A DNA stretch of 64,000 bases, taken from positions 44,325,664 through 44,389,663 of the forward strand of contig NC_068983.1 of assembly GCF_001194135.2 (NCBI RefSeq), written 5' to 3'. The notes under the pieces were generated by a model, which saw only the letters and a program-made list of their open reading frames with translations, was not told the origin of the DNA and searched no databases. Position 1 is the first letter of the stretch. Each line of letters begins with the position of its first letter. Source of the DNA: Octopus bimaculoides. Taxonomy: Eukaryota. This document shows positions 52,893 through 64,000 of the stretch, one piece after another. The position numbers were made by a program, and so were the translations under genes.

Positions 52893-53063
52893 CAATGGTT
52901 CTCAACCCTCTTAATATCCAAAACTTTTTAGGGGGCCGCACCAAAGAAAGTAAAATTCAATTAAAGAAAAATTTATATTTATAGAGGGAAGACCATTAGG
53001 GAGCCGCTGGAAGGATACTTAAGGGCTGAATGCGGTTCTGGGAGTCACGGTTGAGAACCGCTG
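52893..53063. mobile_element. hAT (Charlie-like) MITE
   Basis: TIRs CAATGGTTCTCAACC / GGTTGAGAACCGCTG; flanks aaatgtag / atatatag match 6/8 as a TSD. Confidence 0.7.
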
Positions 53064-53487
53064 ATATATAGACTGCTCCATTGAAGTACATTCCGTTGAT
53101 TATATATTTTGCATGTAAAGGGGTCAGATGTTTGGAGCTTTCGTGCGTCCATTGACCTTCAGATGTTCAGGTCAAGCAACAGTTACATTTATCTTACCTG
53201 TCTAAGATTCTAGGTCTCATATAAAGGTCACCGGCCTACAAAGGTCATGGGCTTTGCAAAGGTCACATCTTCTCATCTATCAAATTTTTATACATACATA
53301 CATACATACATACATACATACATACATACACACAGGCATACCTATATGTACACACTCATACATACGTACATACGTGAATACATATTGTATGTGTATATAT
53401 ATTTATATCTGATTGTATACATGTGTGTGTAGGTTTGTGTATGTTTGTGTGCGTGTGTGCGTATGTGCGTGTACAAATGTATATCGA

Positions 53488-53582
<95 letters not shown>

Positions 53583-53787
53583 GTTTTCTAATTCTTTTTA
53601 TGCCTTTCAGCCATGCAGTGGCGGCAATGTTGGAGCACTACTATGCGTGGCTGTGTGGTTTCCCAAACACATGGTTCTAGGTTGTCCTACTGTGTGGCAC
53701 CTTGGGCGAGTTTCTTCTGTCAAAGCCTCTGGCCAACTAAAGTGGACTTTTATTGAATAAATAATCTTATGAACTTCATGTGTGTGC

Positions 53788-53841
<54 letters not shown>

Positions 53842-55679
53842 NNNNNNNNNNNNNNNNNNNNNNNNNNNNNNNNNNNNNNNNNNNNNNNNNNNNNNNNNNN
53901 NNNNNNNNNNNNNNNNNNNNNNNNNNNNNNNNNNNNNNNNNNNNNNNNNNNNNNNNNNNNNNNNNNNNNNNNNNNNNNNNNNNNNNNNNNNNNNNNNNNN
54001 NNNNNNNNNNNNNNNNNNNNNNNNNNNNNNNNNNNNNNNNNNNNNNNNNNNNNNNNNNNNNNNNNNNNNNNNNNNNNNNNNNNNNNNNNNNNNNNNNNNN
54101 NNNNNNNNNNNNNNNNNNNNNNNNNNNNNNNNNNNNNNNNNNNNNNNNNNNNNNNNNNNNNNNNNNNNNNNNNNNNNNNNNNNNNNNNNNNNNNNNNNNN
54201 NNNNNNNNNNNNNNNNNNNNNNNNNNNNNNNNNNNNNNNNNNNNNNNNNNNNNNNNNNNNNNNNNNNNNNNNNNNNNNNNNNNNNNNNNNNNNNNNNNNN
54301 NNNNNNNNNNNNNNNNNNNNNNNNNNNNNNNNNNNNNNNNNNNNNNNNNNNNNNNNNNNNNNNNNNNNNNNNNNNNNNNNNNNNNNNNNNNNNNNNNNNN
54401 NNNNNNNNNNNNNNNNNNNNNNNNNNNNNNNNNNNNNNNNNNNNNNNNTATATATATGACGATCGGTCAGGCTACATGAGACAATAGCCTGATCTTCCTC
54501 AAATCATATCTTAGTTTCTCATACAAAGGAATTCCACATTAGATAATATAGTATTAGATACACTATTATTAAGCTTGAAAAGTAGGGATGGCCATGCTAG
54601 GACTGCTCGTTAAAAATTGTTGTTATTGTTATTTTCGTTGAGAGCCTTTTTCTCTCGTTTTCATTTACCCTTATATTTATAATTAGTTAAATTATCATAA
54701 TATTTTGTTGTAGATAGACCGACGTATCTTATTTCTTAATTGTCACTCTAAAAATATAGACATCTAAATAGCATTACAATATATAAACAAGAAGAAAATG
54801 TGGGGGTATTTTAATGTTCGGGGAGAAGAGAAAATAAGGGAGACGAGAAAGATGTGTGTCAGTCAGGTTTTTCTGTTAGCAAGCGTTAGTCGACCGCCAA
54901 CGAGAAGCGGAGTCGAAACTGGAGCTCGCTCACCTCTGACAGACCTGACCATATATGGTGGGTGACAGGGTTAAACATTTACAGATTCGGAGTAGAGGGG
55001 AGGAATGATAAGGGATAGAAAGAAACAGAGGGAGTGCGTGTGTGTGTGAAAAAGCGAGGGTGTGAAAGGGAGAGCGCGTGTGAAAGAAAGAAAGAGAAAA
55101 ACCAGGAGAAATAGGGGTTGTATTTTATATAGAGAGGAAGAGGGAGAGACAGAGAAAGATACAGTGAGAGAGGGAAGTAGAGGTTGCTATATTATAGATC
55201 GGGAAAAAGAGGGAGACAGACAGACAGACAGAGAAAGATAGACAGAGAAAGAGAGAGAGAGATATAGACAGAGAGAAAGGAAGAGAGAGAAAGGAAGAGA
55301 GAGAAAAATAAGGGTTGCCATGTTATATAAATAAGGAGAAAGAGGGAGAAAGAGAAAGAGAGTGAGAGCAATAGGGTTGCATGTTATATAGAAAGGGAGA
55401 AGGAGTGAGAAAGAAAAATAAGGGAATAAAATGAGTATATATGTGTTTATTTATGTATATATTGAAGGAAGGAGAGATGGAATGAGTGTTGTATAGATTG
55501 AGAGGGTGAAACAGATGAGCAGAGGGAAGGACCGTAAATGATATATGTATATCGAGAGAGAGAGATGGTGAGAAATGGAGAACAAGGGCTATAGAGCTAT
55601 AAAAAGGGGAAGAGGAAAAAAGGAAAAAGGGAACGTAAATAATATAAGTAGAGGGTGAGAAAGAGAGAGTGGGGAGTTT

Positions 55680-55719
55680 TAGATAGATAGATAGATAGAT
55701 AGATAGACAGATAGATAAT

Positions 55720-55770
<51 letters not shown>

Positions 55771-55839
55771 GAGGATGAGTGGGTTGTTAGGTAGGTAGGT
55801 AAGATAGATAGACAGATAGATAGACAGATNNNNNNNNNN

Positions 55840-55889
<50 letters not shown>

Positions 55890-55900
55890 TAGATAGATAA

Positions 55901-55957
<57 letters not shown>

Positions 55958-56060
55958 GGGGGTGGAGTGAGTGATAAATAAAGGTAGTGGGTGATACAGG
56001 TAGAGGGAAAAGCGGAGAGAGAAAGGGAAATGGAGAATTAGAGAAATATATGTACAGAGA

Positions 56061-56134
<74 letters not shown>
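55680..56134. repeat. (GATA)n and (GA)n microsatellites
   Basis: Directly visible in the sequence. Confidence 0.95.
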
Positions 56135-56139
<5 letters not shown>

Positions 56140-56315
56140 GGAGGGAAAGAGATAGACAGGAATAGGGAATGAAAGAGGTTTTTTTAGGGTTAGCGAGAAG
56201 GGAAAAAATTGGGAAGAAATGTTATTGAGGGTGTAGATGGAATCACATTATATTTTCATTTTTACTAATCATAATTTGTACTTACACACACACTCTTACA
56301 TGTACAGATACATAC

Positions 56316-56447
56316 ACACACTCACACAACCGCATGCATATACACAATCATTCACTTACACACACTCACACAACCGCATGCATATACACAATCATTCTCT
56401 TACACACACTCACACAACCGCATGCATATACACAATCATTCACTTAC
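56316..56447. repeat. Minisatellite, 44-bp unit x3
   Basis: acacactcacacaaccgcatgcatatacacaatcattc(a/t)cttac repeated three times. Confidence 0.85.
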
Positions 56448-56802
56448 ACACACTGGCACAATCGCGCTCACACACTTACACATACATACCTATACACACT
56501 AATACATCCACAGATATTCTCACTCACAACCACACACACACACACACACACTCTTACACATACACTCTCTCACCCTTTCTCCCTCCATCTCTTTCTTCCT
56601 CTCTTCCTCCTTCTCTCTCTCTCCCATACTTTGCGACATCTGATTCTAACTTACCTCATTTTTCAATCCAAATTTCACCTAAATTTTCAAAACCGCTCAA
56701 CTTGAAATGAATTTAATGAACAAAAAAAATATTTCTTTTCCTATTCGGTGTTTTTTTTCTATTTTTCATCTTTGGAAACATCTTTGCTAGTCGAAAATAA
56801 AA

Positions 56803-56866
56803 GTTCTTTTCATTATCATGTTAATTATTTAACGGTTCTTTTCATTATCATGTTAATTATTTAACG
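56803..56866. repeat. Perfect 32-bp tandem duplication
   Basis: gttcttttcattatcatgttaattatttaacg x2. Confidence 0.9.
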
Positions 56867-57500
56867 GTCCGTTTCTTTAAACAGTTGCTAGATTCAATTA
56901 TTGAGAAAAGAAATTTAAAGAAAGAAAAAAAGAGAAGTTCTCTCTTTAATAGAACGTCTACTGCTGTTGTTTTTGTTGTTTGCACCTGTCTGGTAACTTC
57001 AACGTGGAGTGATTATTTTTGTATGTGTACCTGTTCGTGTCTGTATATGAAATGTGTGTTTGTGAGTACGTATGTGTGTGCGTGAGTTTGTATCTGAGTA
57101 TGTGTATGCGTGTAGGGGGGGGGGGCGAGCGTATGAATGTGTATAACAGAGTAGGAGTGTGTGCGTGTGTGTGTGTGTGTGCATTTAAAATATTCTATTA
57201 CATATTTTTTGGGCTCCTTTTCCTCATTGACTTTTCTTTCAGTCATTGGCTTGCGGTCATGCTGGGGCAGTGTCTAGAAGGAATCACTCGAACAAATCGA
57301 TACCATTATTTATATTTTCTTGTTTACTTGTTTCGGTCTTAGACTGCGGCCATGATGGAGCATCGCCTTGAAGAATTTGTCAACGTATCGACCCCAGTAC
57401 TTTTTTTAAAAAAACTCTGGTACTTATTTTATCGGTTCCTTTTTTCGCACCTCTAAATACACCAACACCAATTGTAAGCGGTGATGGGGGGGGGTCAAAG

Positions 57501-57532
<32 letters not shown>

Positions 57533-58046
57533 ACGCACACACTCAATTACCGTCTGCCAATCCACTCACATGGCTTTGGTCGGCCCAAAGCTATAGCAGA
57601 AGACACTTGGCTAAGGTGCAACACAGTGGAAGTGAACCTGGAATCATGTTGTTGGGAAGCAAGCTTCTTACCACACAGCCATGACGATACTTGTATATGT
57701 TTATAAATCTGGCACTTATTGCATAAAACAGGTTTTCACGCAGTTTTCATTTACCAAATTCTCTCACAAAGCATTGGTTGATGGTCGTGGGCTCACATGG
57801 TGAAACCATCTAATAACAACTCCGTTTAGAAAGCTGGAATAATACATATATGTACCAGAAAGGAAAGAGAGAGACACAACCGAGTAGAATGTTTCAGAGA
57901 AGATTTATTGATAGGTTAACATGTGTGTCTGTGTGTGCATCATGTATACAGAATAATAGACTGGCCCTCATGCGTGTATAGGCATGTATGTATGCATGTG
58001 CATTAAGTATATATAAGAATAATAATGAAGAAGACAGTGAAAGTCT

Positions 58047-58462
58047 TTAACAAGAAGTTAGACGAATGTTCATAGACACGAGAAATGAGAGTACCAGTTC
58101 GTAATCAATTGTACATGGTAGTTGAAATAAGGTATCAAGAAGTTGCGGCCATGATACTGAACCGATTGCAGTACATGTCATACGAAGTTGTGGTTGTAAT
58201 GCTGCTGCCTGGGTCACTTGGTGGAAGAGTTCTCGCAGGTTGTATATTCGCTGTTGACCCATGGAGAAGTAATTCACGAACAGTGCTATGTTGGAACCAG
58301 TGAGGTGTTGCTTGAGCTGTGTACGTGGAGAGATGATGTTGATGATGTTAAGAAGATGATGGTGGTGACGAAGAAAGAGATTGCCATAAAACTGTTGGGC
58401 AGGTGTTGTCGTCTGGCGTTGTTGCTGGAACTGACTGTGTCTTGTGTGGTCAGTGGTTAGAC
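58047..58462 (-). CDS. Candidate terminal coding exon of an unidentified neighbouring gene
   Basis: The frame is open from 58460 to the stop at 58047 (GLTTDHTRHSQFQQQRQ...HHHH...MNIRLTSC*). A stop lies immediately upstream at a ttttaag| acceptor-like site, with AATAAA at 57904-57909 followed by a GT/CT-rich tract. No homology recognised. Confidence 0.3.
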
Positions 58463-58599
58463 CTTAAAAGGTTTGAAACCAAAGATCTCGAGACAAGGAG
58501 AAACTGGGTTTTTTTTATAAGGAGCTGTAGGTTCAAACTGGGTTGAGAACAGGCTGTCTCATGTGATCTTATTTAGGGCTCCAATTGGTTATACACTGC

Positions 58600-58850
58600 A
58601 GATTGGCACGACAGAGTAAGAGACAAATTGTGCTAATGCCAACCAATCAGAGTAGTGGACACAATGGAGTCCAAATAGTGGCTAAAGGCTAGCTGTTATC
58701 TACTACATTCAAATGCAGTAGATAACATGTCCTCACTTGGCTTGCCAGGTCTTCTCAAGTACAACATATCTCCAAAGGTCTCAATCACTTGTCATTGCTT
58801 CGATGAGGCTCAACATTTGAAGGTTGTGCTTCACCACCTCATCCCAGTTG
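58600..58850 (-). mobile_element. RTE-clade LINE C-terminus and 3' UTR relic containing a 34-bp palindrome
   Basis: VVKHNLQMLSLIEAMTSD*DLWRYVVLEKTWQAK*. Near-perfect palindrome TGTTATCTACTACATT-CA-AATGCAGTAGATAACA at 58694-58727. Confidence 0.65.
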
Positions 58851-59187
58851 CAATGATTAACTACAGATTATCATAGTTTGATTTGAGTGAGATTTGCCTA
58901 CTATTTCTAGCAAGTCAAGCAACCACATAAACACTCTCTACCTTGCTCACAGATTGGGTCATGACATTAGCAGAAGTGGTTTTAAATGCTCCACAAACAC
59001 AGAAAGGTTTTGAGTGAAAAATTCAATTCATAAAGTATCTCTCTTAGTAAAAAAAGACAAAAAAAAAACAAAAACAAAACAAAAAACGGAAAATACAAGA
59101 CTCATAAAACATAAAATGTGAAATGGTCCCAGCATCTTTGTGAGAGCATGTTATATAACTTGAAGGAATGCAGGATTAAAGAGAAGG

Positions 59188-59262
59188 AAATGCTTATAAT
59201 ACTTGAGTTTCCCAAGTGGTCACTCGTCAAACTACTAACCAAATTGAAGGCTACTTATCTTC
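59188..59262 (-). pseudogene. Decayed 5S rRNA-derived fragment (3' part, internal control region)
   Basis: The plus-strand stretch tttcccaagtggtcactcgtcaaactactaacca...ctacttatcttc aligns by eye with the reverse complement of eukaryotic 5S (attcccaggcggtctcccatccaagtactaacca...ctgcttagcttc). Many of the differences are transitions. Confidence 0.6.
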
Positions 59263-59483
59263 AACAAGAGGCAATCAATTTGTTTTTTTTTTAAACTGAT
59301 GTCATTTGTATGATAAACTAGTGTTGTTCATAAGCTCTGAAACAAACTCAGTTGACTGACAAACATGTTTGTTATTCATAAAAAAAACAGCAATATTGCA
59401 CGTTTTGTATAAATATGACTGTGAAATCATATAAAATATGTTTTATAAATATATAGGTCCAAGTATGGCCATGTGGTTTAGAA

Positions 59484-59768
59484 CAGGGGTTTTCAAACTT
59501 TTTGACTTGCGGACCCCTTTATATTTCAGGCTTTACCTTAGGGAGCCCCTTATAAATGCTTATGAAATTTATACATAAATATTTGCTTAAAATAACATAT
59601 TTTTACATTTATTTATTTAACAAATAGATTTATTGTCAATTAAAAGATTTCAATTAAAAAACATATATAAAATCAAATTGCCCATAAAAAGTATTTGCTG
59701 TCCACGGACACCCTGTCTTGTCCTTGTGGACCCCCTGTAATCCGCGGACCACAGTTTGAAAACCCCTG
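59484..59768. mobile_element. hAT (Charlie-like) MITE nested in a SINE head
   Basis: TIRs CAGGGGTTTTCAAACT / AGTTTGAAAACCCCTG and a perfect 8-bp TSD GTTTAGAA (59476-59483, 59769-59776). Confidence 0.9.
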
Positions 59769-60446
59769 GTTTAGAAGCTTGTTTCACAATCACATGGTTT
59801 GGGGTTCAGTCCCACTTCATGGCACCTTCAGCCTATTTACCAAATTCACACACAAAGTTGACCAGTGTCTTGTGAGTGAATTTGGTAGATAGAGACTGTG
59901 TGTGGAAGCCCATCATGTATACATACATACATACATACATACATACATGTTGACACCACCAGATTGAATGGTACTGCTCAGGTGTCAAGACTATAGTGAT
60001 ATCTGTTTGGCAGCTGATGATGGGAATGCACAGATGTTATGCTCAACTACGAATTTCTTATGTCTTAGTTTTGTTTTCCTGAGTAAAGTGATTCTGGTAA
60101 AGTGAAAAGTGCTTATGGGCCCATGATTTGTAGAGATTGTTTACATTGCTATTGGTGGGTTTTTTTTTTCATTGATAATCTTATCAAGCTTATTGGAGTC
60201 TAGTTTTAGGGAGTTTCTGTAGCATACACACACACATCATCATCATCATCATCATCATCATCTTTATCATGATCATCGTTTTTACGTCTACTTTTCCATG
60301 CTCACGTGGCTTGGACAAAATTCACTGAGGCAGATTATTTTCCATGGTCTGATGCCCTTTCTGTTTCCAATATCACCAGCTTTCATGACCAAACGTGTTT
60401 TCATGGGATATCGTAAATGAAGGATGTTCTTGTCAATGATGGTGAT

Positions 60447-60600
60447 CACTAGCGTAGCTTGGGATGGGAGGTAGGGTTGCACTTTTAAAGGGGCAGCACT
60501 TTCGGGGGGTCTGCTGCAGGCAATATGTGTTTTTCGTGGGGTCCAGGGGCGGAAAATGGAAGGGCTGCCCTGGGTGGCACACACTCTAGCTATGCTGGTA
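60447..60600. mobile_element. Second copy of the CACTAGCGTAGCT MITE
   Basis: Colinear with 49485-49640; the right TIR has decayed to AGCTATGCTGGTA. Confidence 0.75.
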
Positions 60601-61321
60601 ATGGTGGTGTTCCTTTAAAACTATCACAGAAAGTCAAGACAAGGAGATACAAACACATCGTTATCATCAACATTTAATGTCCATCTTCTACCATGCTGAA
60701 TAGGTTAGATGATTTCACTGGGTCTAATGGGGCCCAGGACTATATTCTGCTCTAGTCCCTGCTTTGGCATGCTTTCTACACCTGGCTGTCCTTCATAATG
60801 CCTATCATGTCATAAGAGTACACTAGGTGCTCTTTCCATGCTACCAACACAAGTGAGGTTGCTGTGCAGATTGCAAGACTACAAATTTCAGGGGAGGGGG
60901 TTAAGTCAGTTTTATTAATCCCAGTGCTGAACTGGTACTTATTTTATTGACCCCAAAAGGGGTGAAGGGTAAAGTCAGCATTTGGACTTAGAATATAAAG
61001 AGTTCAAAGAAATGCCTTTTGCTCCATATGGGAGCAATCCTGCAGTTCACAGCTTTAATAGTAATAATCCTTTTTGCTTAGGCACAAGGGCCTGAAATTT
61101 TTTGTGGGGTGGGGTAAGTTAATTATTTCAAGCTCAGTACTCAACTGTTACTTGTTTCATCGACCCTGGAAAGATAAAAGAAAAAGCTGATTTTGGTAGA
61201 ATTTGAACTTGTAATGTAAAGATGGATGAAATTTCACGAAGCATTTTGTCTGATGTGCTAACAATACTGCCAGCTGGTGGCCTTAACAGTAGTAATAATA
61301 ATAATGATAATGATGAGGATG

Positions 61322-61370
<49 letters not shown>

Positions 61371-61380
61371 TAATAATAAG

Positions 61381-61774
61381 AGAGCCTAATAATTGATGCG
61401 ACAGTGCCAGGAGATCAACATATCATGAAAGAAAGAGAAAAGGTTGATAAATATACAGACCTGAGAATTGAGATCTCTAAGATGTGGCAGCTACTAGAGT
61501 CAAACATAAAGGTTATCCCTATTGTCATTGGAGCATTGGGTTCAATATCAACCAATCTGAAAAAAAAAAAAAAAACATCTGTAAACTTTAGAAATACCTT
61601 ACAATCTACATGTATTACAAAAGTCGGCATTATGTGGAACTGCATACATATTGTGTAAAGTACTGTCAGTCTAAGGTCCTTGTTGTGACTTGACAGACAG
61701 TACAAGCCCCCGGTAGACAAAATATCTTCAATCAACAACCTCACGATATTCAATATTCGATACTGTGCAACGTT

Positions 61775-61776
<2 letters not shown>
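61381..61776 (+). mobile_element. R4/Dong-type non-LTR retrotransposon 3' end (restriction-like endonuclease region)
   Basis: Reads IDATVPGDQHIMKEREKVDKYTDLRIEISKMWQ...VIPIVIGALGSI, then a frameshift in a poly-A run and ...LQKSALCGTAYILCKVLSV* (stop 61672-61674). Flanked by (TAA)n on both sides. Confidence 0.85.
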
Positions 61777-61811
<35 letters not shown>

Positions 61812-62012
61812 GAGGTAACTCGAATGTGGAATCTAAAAACAGAAACAATGCCTATCATAGTAGGCGCCTTAGGTATAATAAAAAAATATTCAAACAAATA
61901 CATAACAAAAACACCAGGACTTACAAATATATATAACATACAGAAAATTGCACTACTGGGCACTGCACACATCCTACGCAAAACACTTTCAACACAGTAA
62001 CCATAAGAGCAC
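61812..62012 (+). mobile_element. Second, distinct R4/Dong-type 3' end
   Basis: Open frame 61812..62000 EVTRMWNLKTETMPIIVGALGIIKKYSNKYITKTPGLTNIYNIQKIALLGTAHILRKTLSTQ*, beginning directly after a (TAA)n tract. Confidence 0.85.
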
Positions 62013-62488
62013 CAGTACTCAACTGGTACTTAATTTATCGATCCCGAAAGAATGAAAGGCAAAGTCGACACCAGCAGAATTTGAACTCAGAACGTAAAGA
62101 TGAGAAAAATGTCGCCAGGCATTTTTCCCTGGCGTGCTAACGATTCTGCCAGCTTGCTACCTTAATAATAATGATGATGATAACAATAATGATGTTGATG
62201 ATGATAACAATAATGATGATGATGACGATGATGATAATCTGTTGACTGTCTTCTTCATCAGCATTTTATGAGACATCACCAGCAGCATGTCTTCCATGTG
62301 TTGGAGTGACGGGCCCCTTTCAACATCCATATTAGGGTATCCAGGGTGATATAGGGGTATATAAGACTGCATGGATAACCTGTCTGATGAATGTCTGATG
62401 AAGGCATTTGTAAACAATCTGCAGAAACAGATAAGATTAAAGTGATTAGAGAGGCTTATGGAATGTATATTGGCTCATAATGTGTGTA

Positions 62489-62529
<41 letters not shown>

Positions 62530-62650
62530 CATACACATGTGTGTGTAAGTGTACGATTGTGATTGTTCAACTGAATCTTTCTATGTTCCTCTTCTGCACA
62601 TCAAACGAGGAATACACATGTACACACGTATATGTGTATCTGTGTTTTAT

Positions 62651-62694
<44 letters not shown>

Positions 62695-63015
62695 NNNNNN
62701 NNNNNNNNNNNNNNNNNNNNNNNNNNNNNNNNNNNNNNNNNNNNNNNNNNNNNNNNNNNNNNNNNNNNNNNNNNNNNNNNNNNNNNNNNNNNNNNNNNNN
62801 NNNNNNNNNNNNNNNNNNNNNNNNNNNNNNNNNNNNNNNNNNNNNNNNNNNNNNNNNNNNNNNNNNNNNNNNNNNNNNNNNNNNNNNNNNNNNNNNNNNN
62901 NNNNNNNNNNNNNNNNNNNNNNNNNNNNNNNNNNNNNNNNNNNNNNNNNNNNNNNNNNNNNNNNNNNNNNNNNNNNNNNNNNNNNNNNNNNNNNNNNNNN
63001 NNNNNNNNNNNNNNT

Positions 63016-63055
<40 letters not shown>

Positions 63056-63803
63056 TACACACATATATATACATGCATACATACATATATATATGTATAT
63101 ATGTATGCCCAGTTCCATGTCAAACCATCCAACATATACCAGCATGGAAGGTGGAAGTCAAATGACAATGTTGACGATGATGAGATATGACAGGCTTCTT
63201 TTAGTTTCCATCTGATGAGTCCACTCACAAGGCATTAGTCAGCCTGGAGTTGAAAACACTTGCTCAAGTTGCCATGCAGTGAGGTTGAACTTGAAAGTGT
63301 GTCGTTCGGAAGCACATTTCTTAATGACATACCTATGCCCAAGCACAAACACACACACACACACGCATGAGCGAACACACACACATGCATATGTGCACAC
63401 ACACACAATGCATGCATACACGTCTGAACACACATACGTACACATGCATGCATGCATATGTGAACACATACATGCACATGCACACACACATGCATGTGCA
63501 CACACATACACATGCATGCACACACACACACACACATTACATACATACATGCATGCACACATACGAATTATAAATGCATGCAAGTATGTATGTGTGTTTG
63601 TTACTATGTGTGAGTAGTAGCACGCTGGACAAAATGCTTAGTGACATTCTGGTTATCTCTGTATCCTGAGTTCAAATTCTGCTGCGGTTAACTTTGCCTT
63701 TCATCCTTTTGGGGTCAATGGCATAAGTGCTGGTTGAGCACTGGGGCCAATATAATCAATGAGCCCCACCCCACAAAAGTTTTAGCCATGTGTCTATAAT
63801 ACT

Positions 63804-63976
63804 AAGAAGAGTGGCTGAGTGGAGGTGCAAGCATAGCTGTGTAGAGGTGCAGGTGTGGCTGAGTGGAGGTGCAAGCATAGCTGTGTAGAGGTGCAGGTGT
63901 GGCTGTGTGGATGTGCAGGTGTGGCTGCGTGGATGTGCAGGTGTGGCTGCGTGGAGGTGCAGGTGTGGCTGGGTGG
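63804..63976 (+). repeat. Tandem array of a 22-bp unit equal to the SINE-A 5' head
   Basis: Seven full AGGTGCAGGTGTGGCTGNGTGG-type units plus one partial, then the B-box GGTTCAGTCCC. Confidence 0.85.
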
Positions 63977-64000
63977 TAAGTTCTCGGTTCAGTCCCACTA

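Noticed and set aside
57850-58495. Solo-LTR interpretation of the 57.9-58.5 kb segment
   Set aside because: TG...CA termini can be drawn, but no matching 4-6 bp TSD was found; left as an unassigned exon candidate.
62380-62450. CTGATGA...GAAAC hammerhead-like motif
   Set aside because: Stem II closing pair and stem I do not form. The motif at ~17400-17435 (CTGAAGA...GAAT) also fails the core consensus.
63804-63976. CRISPR-like or other spacer-repeat array
   Set aside because: The units are contiguous with no unique spacers, the context is eukaryotic, and there are no cas genes; no CRISPR array is seen anywhere in the window.

Overview
AT-rich, microsatellite-dense animal DNA with many N gaps. 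The repeat landscape (several tRNA-derived SINE families, RTE and R4/Dong non-LTR relics, hAT and piggyBac MITEs) suggests a coleoid cephalopod, probably an octopus; that assignment is an inference. Only one protein-coding exon is recognisable, and it is too short for the ORF track: 42699..42809 (-), [37 protein letters not shown], the first coding exon of an MPRIP/outspread orthologue. I found no PH-domain exon 2, so positions 1-42698 appear to be one giant intron of at least 42 kb. Its repeats are CpG-decayed, as expected for a methylated gene body. A CpG-retaining domain (~39.4-58.5 kb) covers the probable promoter and intergenic region, and decay resumes beyond it. Other items: a compact LTR element with a gag relic but no pol, three different R4/Dong 3' ends all sitting in (TAA)n tracts, a tandem array of a SINE A-box head, several long inverted repeats, a tRNA-Ile pseudogene and a decayed 5S fragment. 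Nearly all ORF-track entries are microsatellite, gap or repeat artefacts. I see no convincing new multi-gene system. Repeat boundaries were read by eye and are approximate (about +/-10-20 bp).
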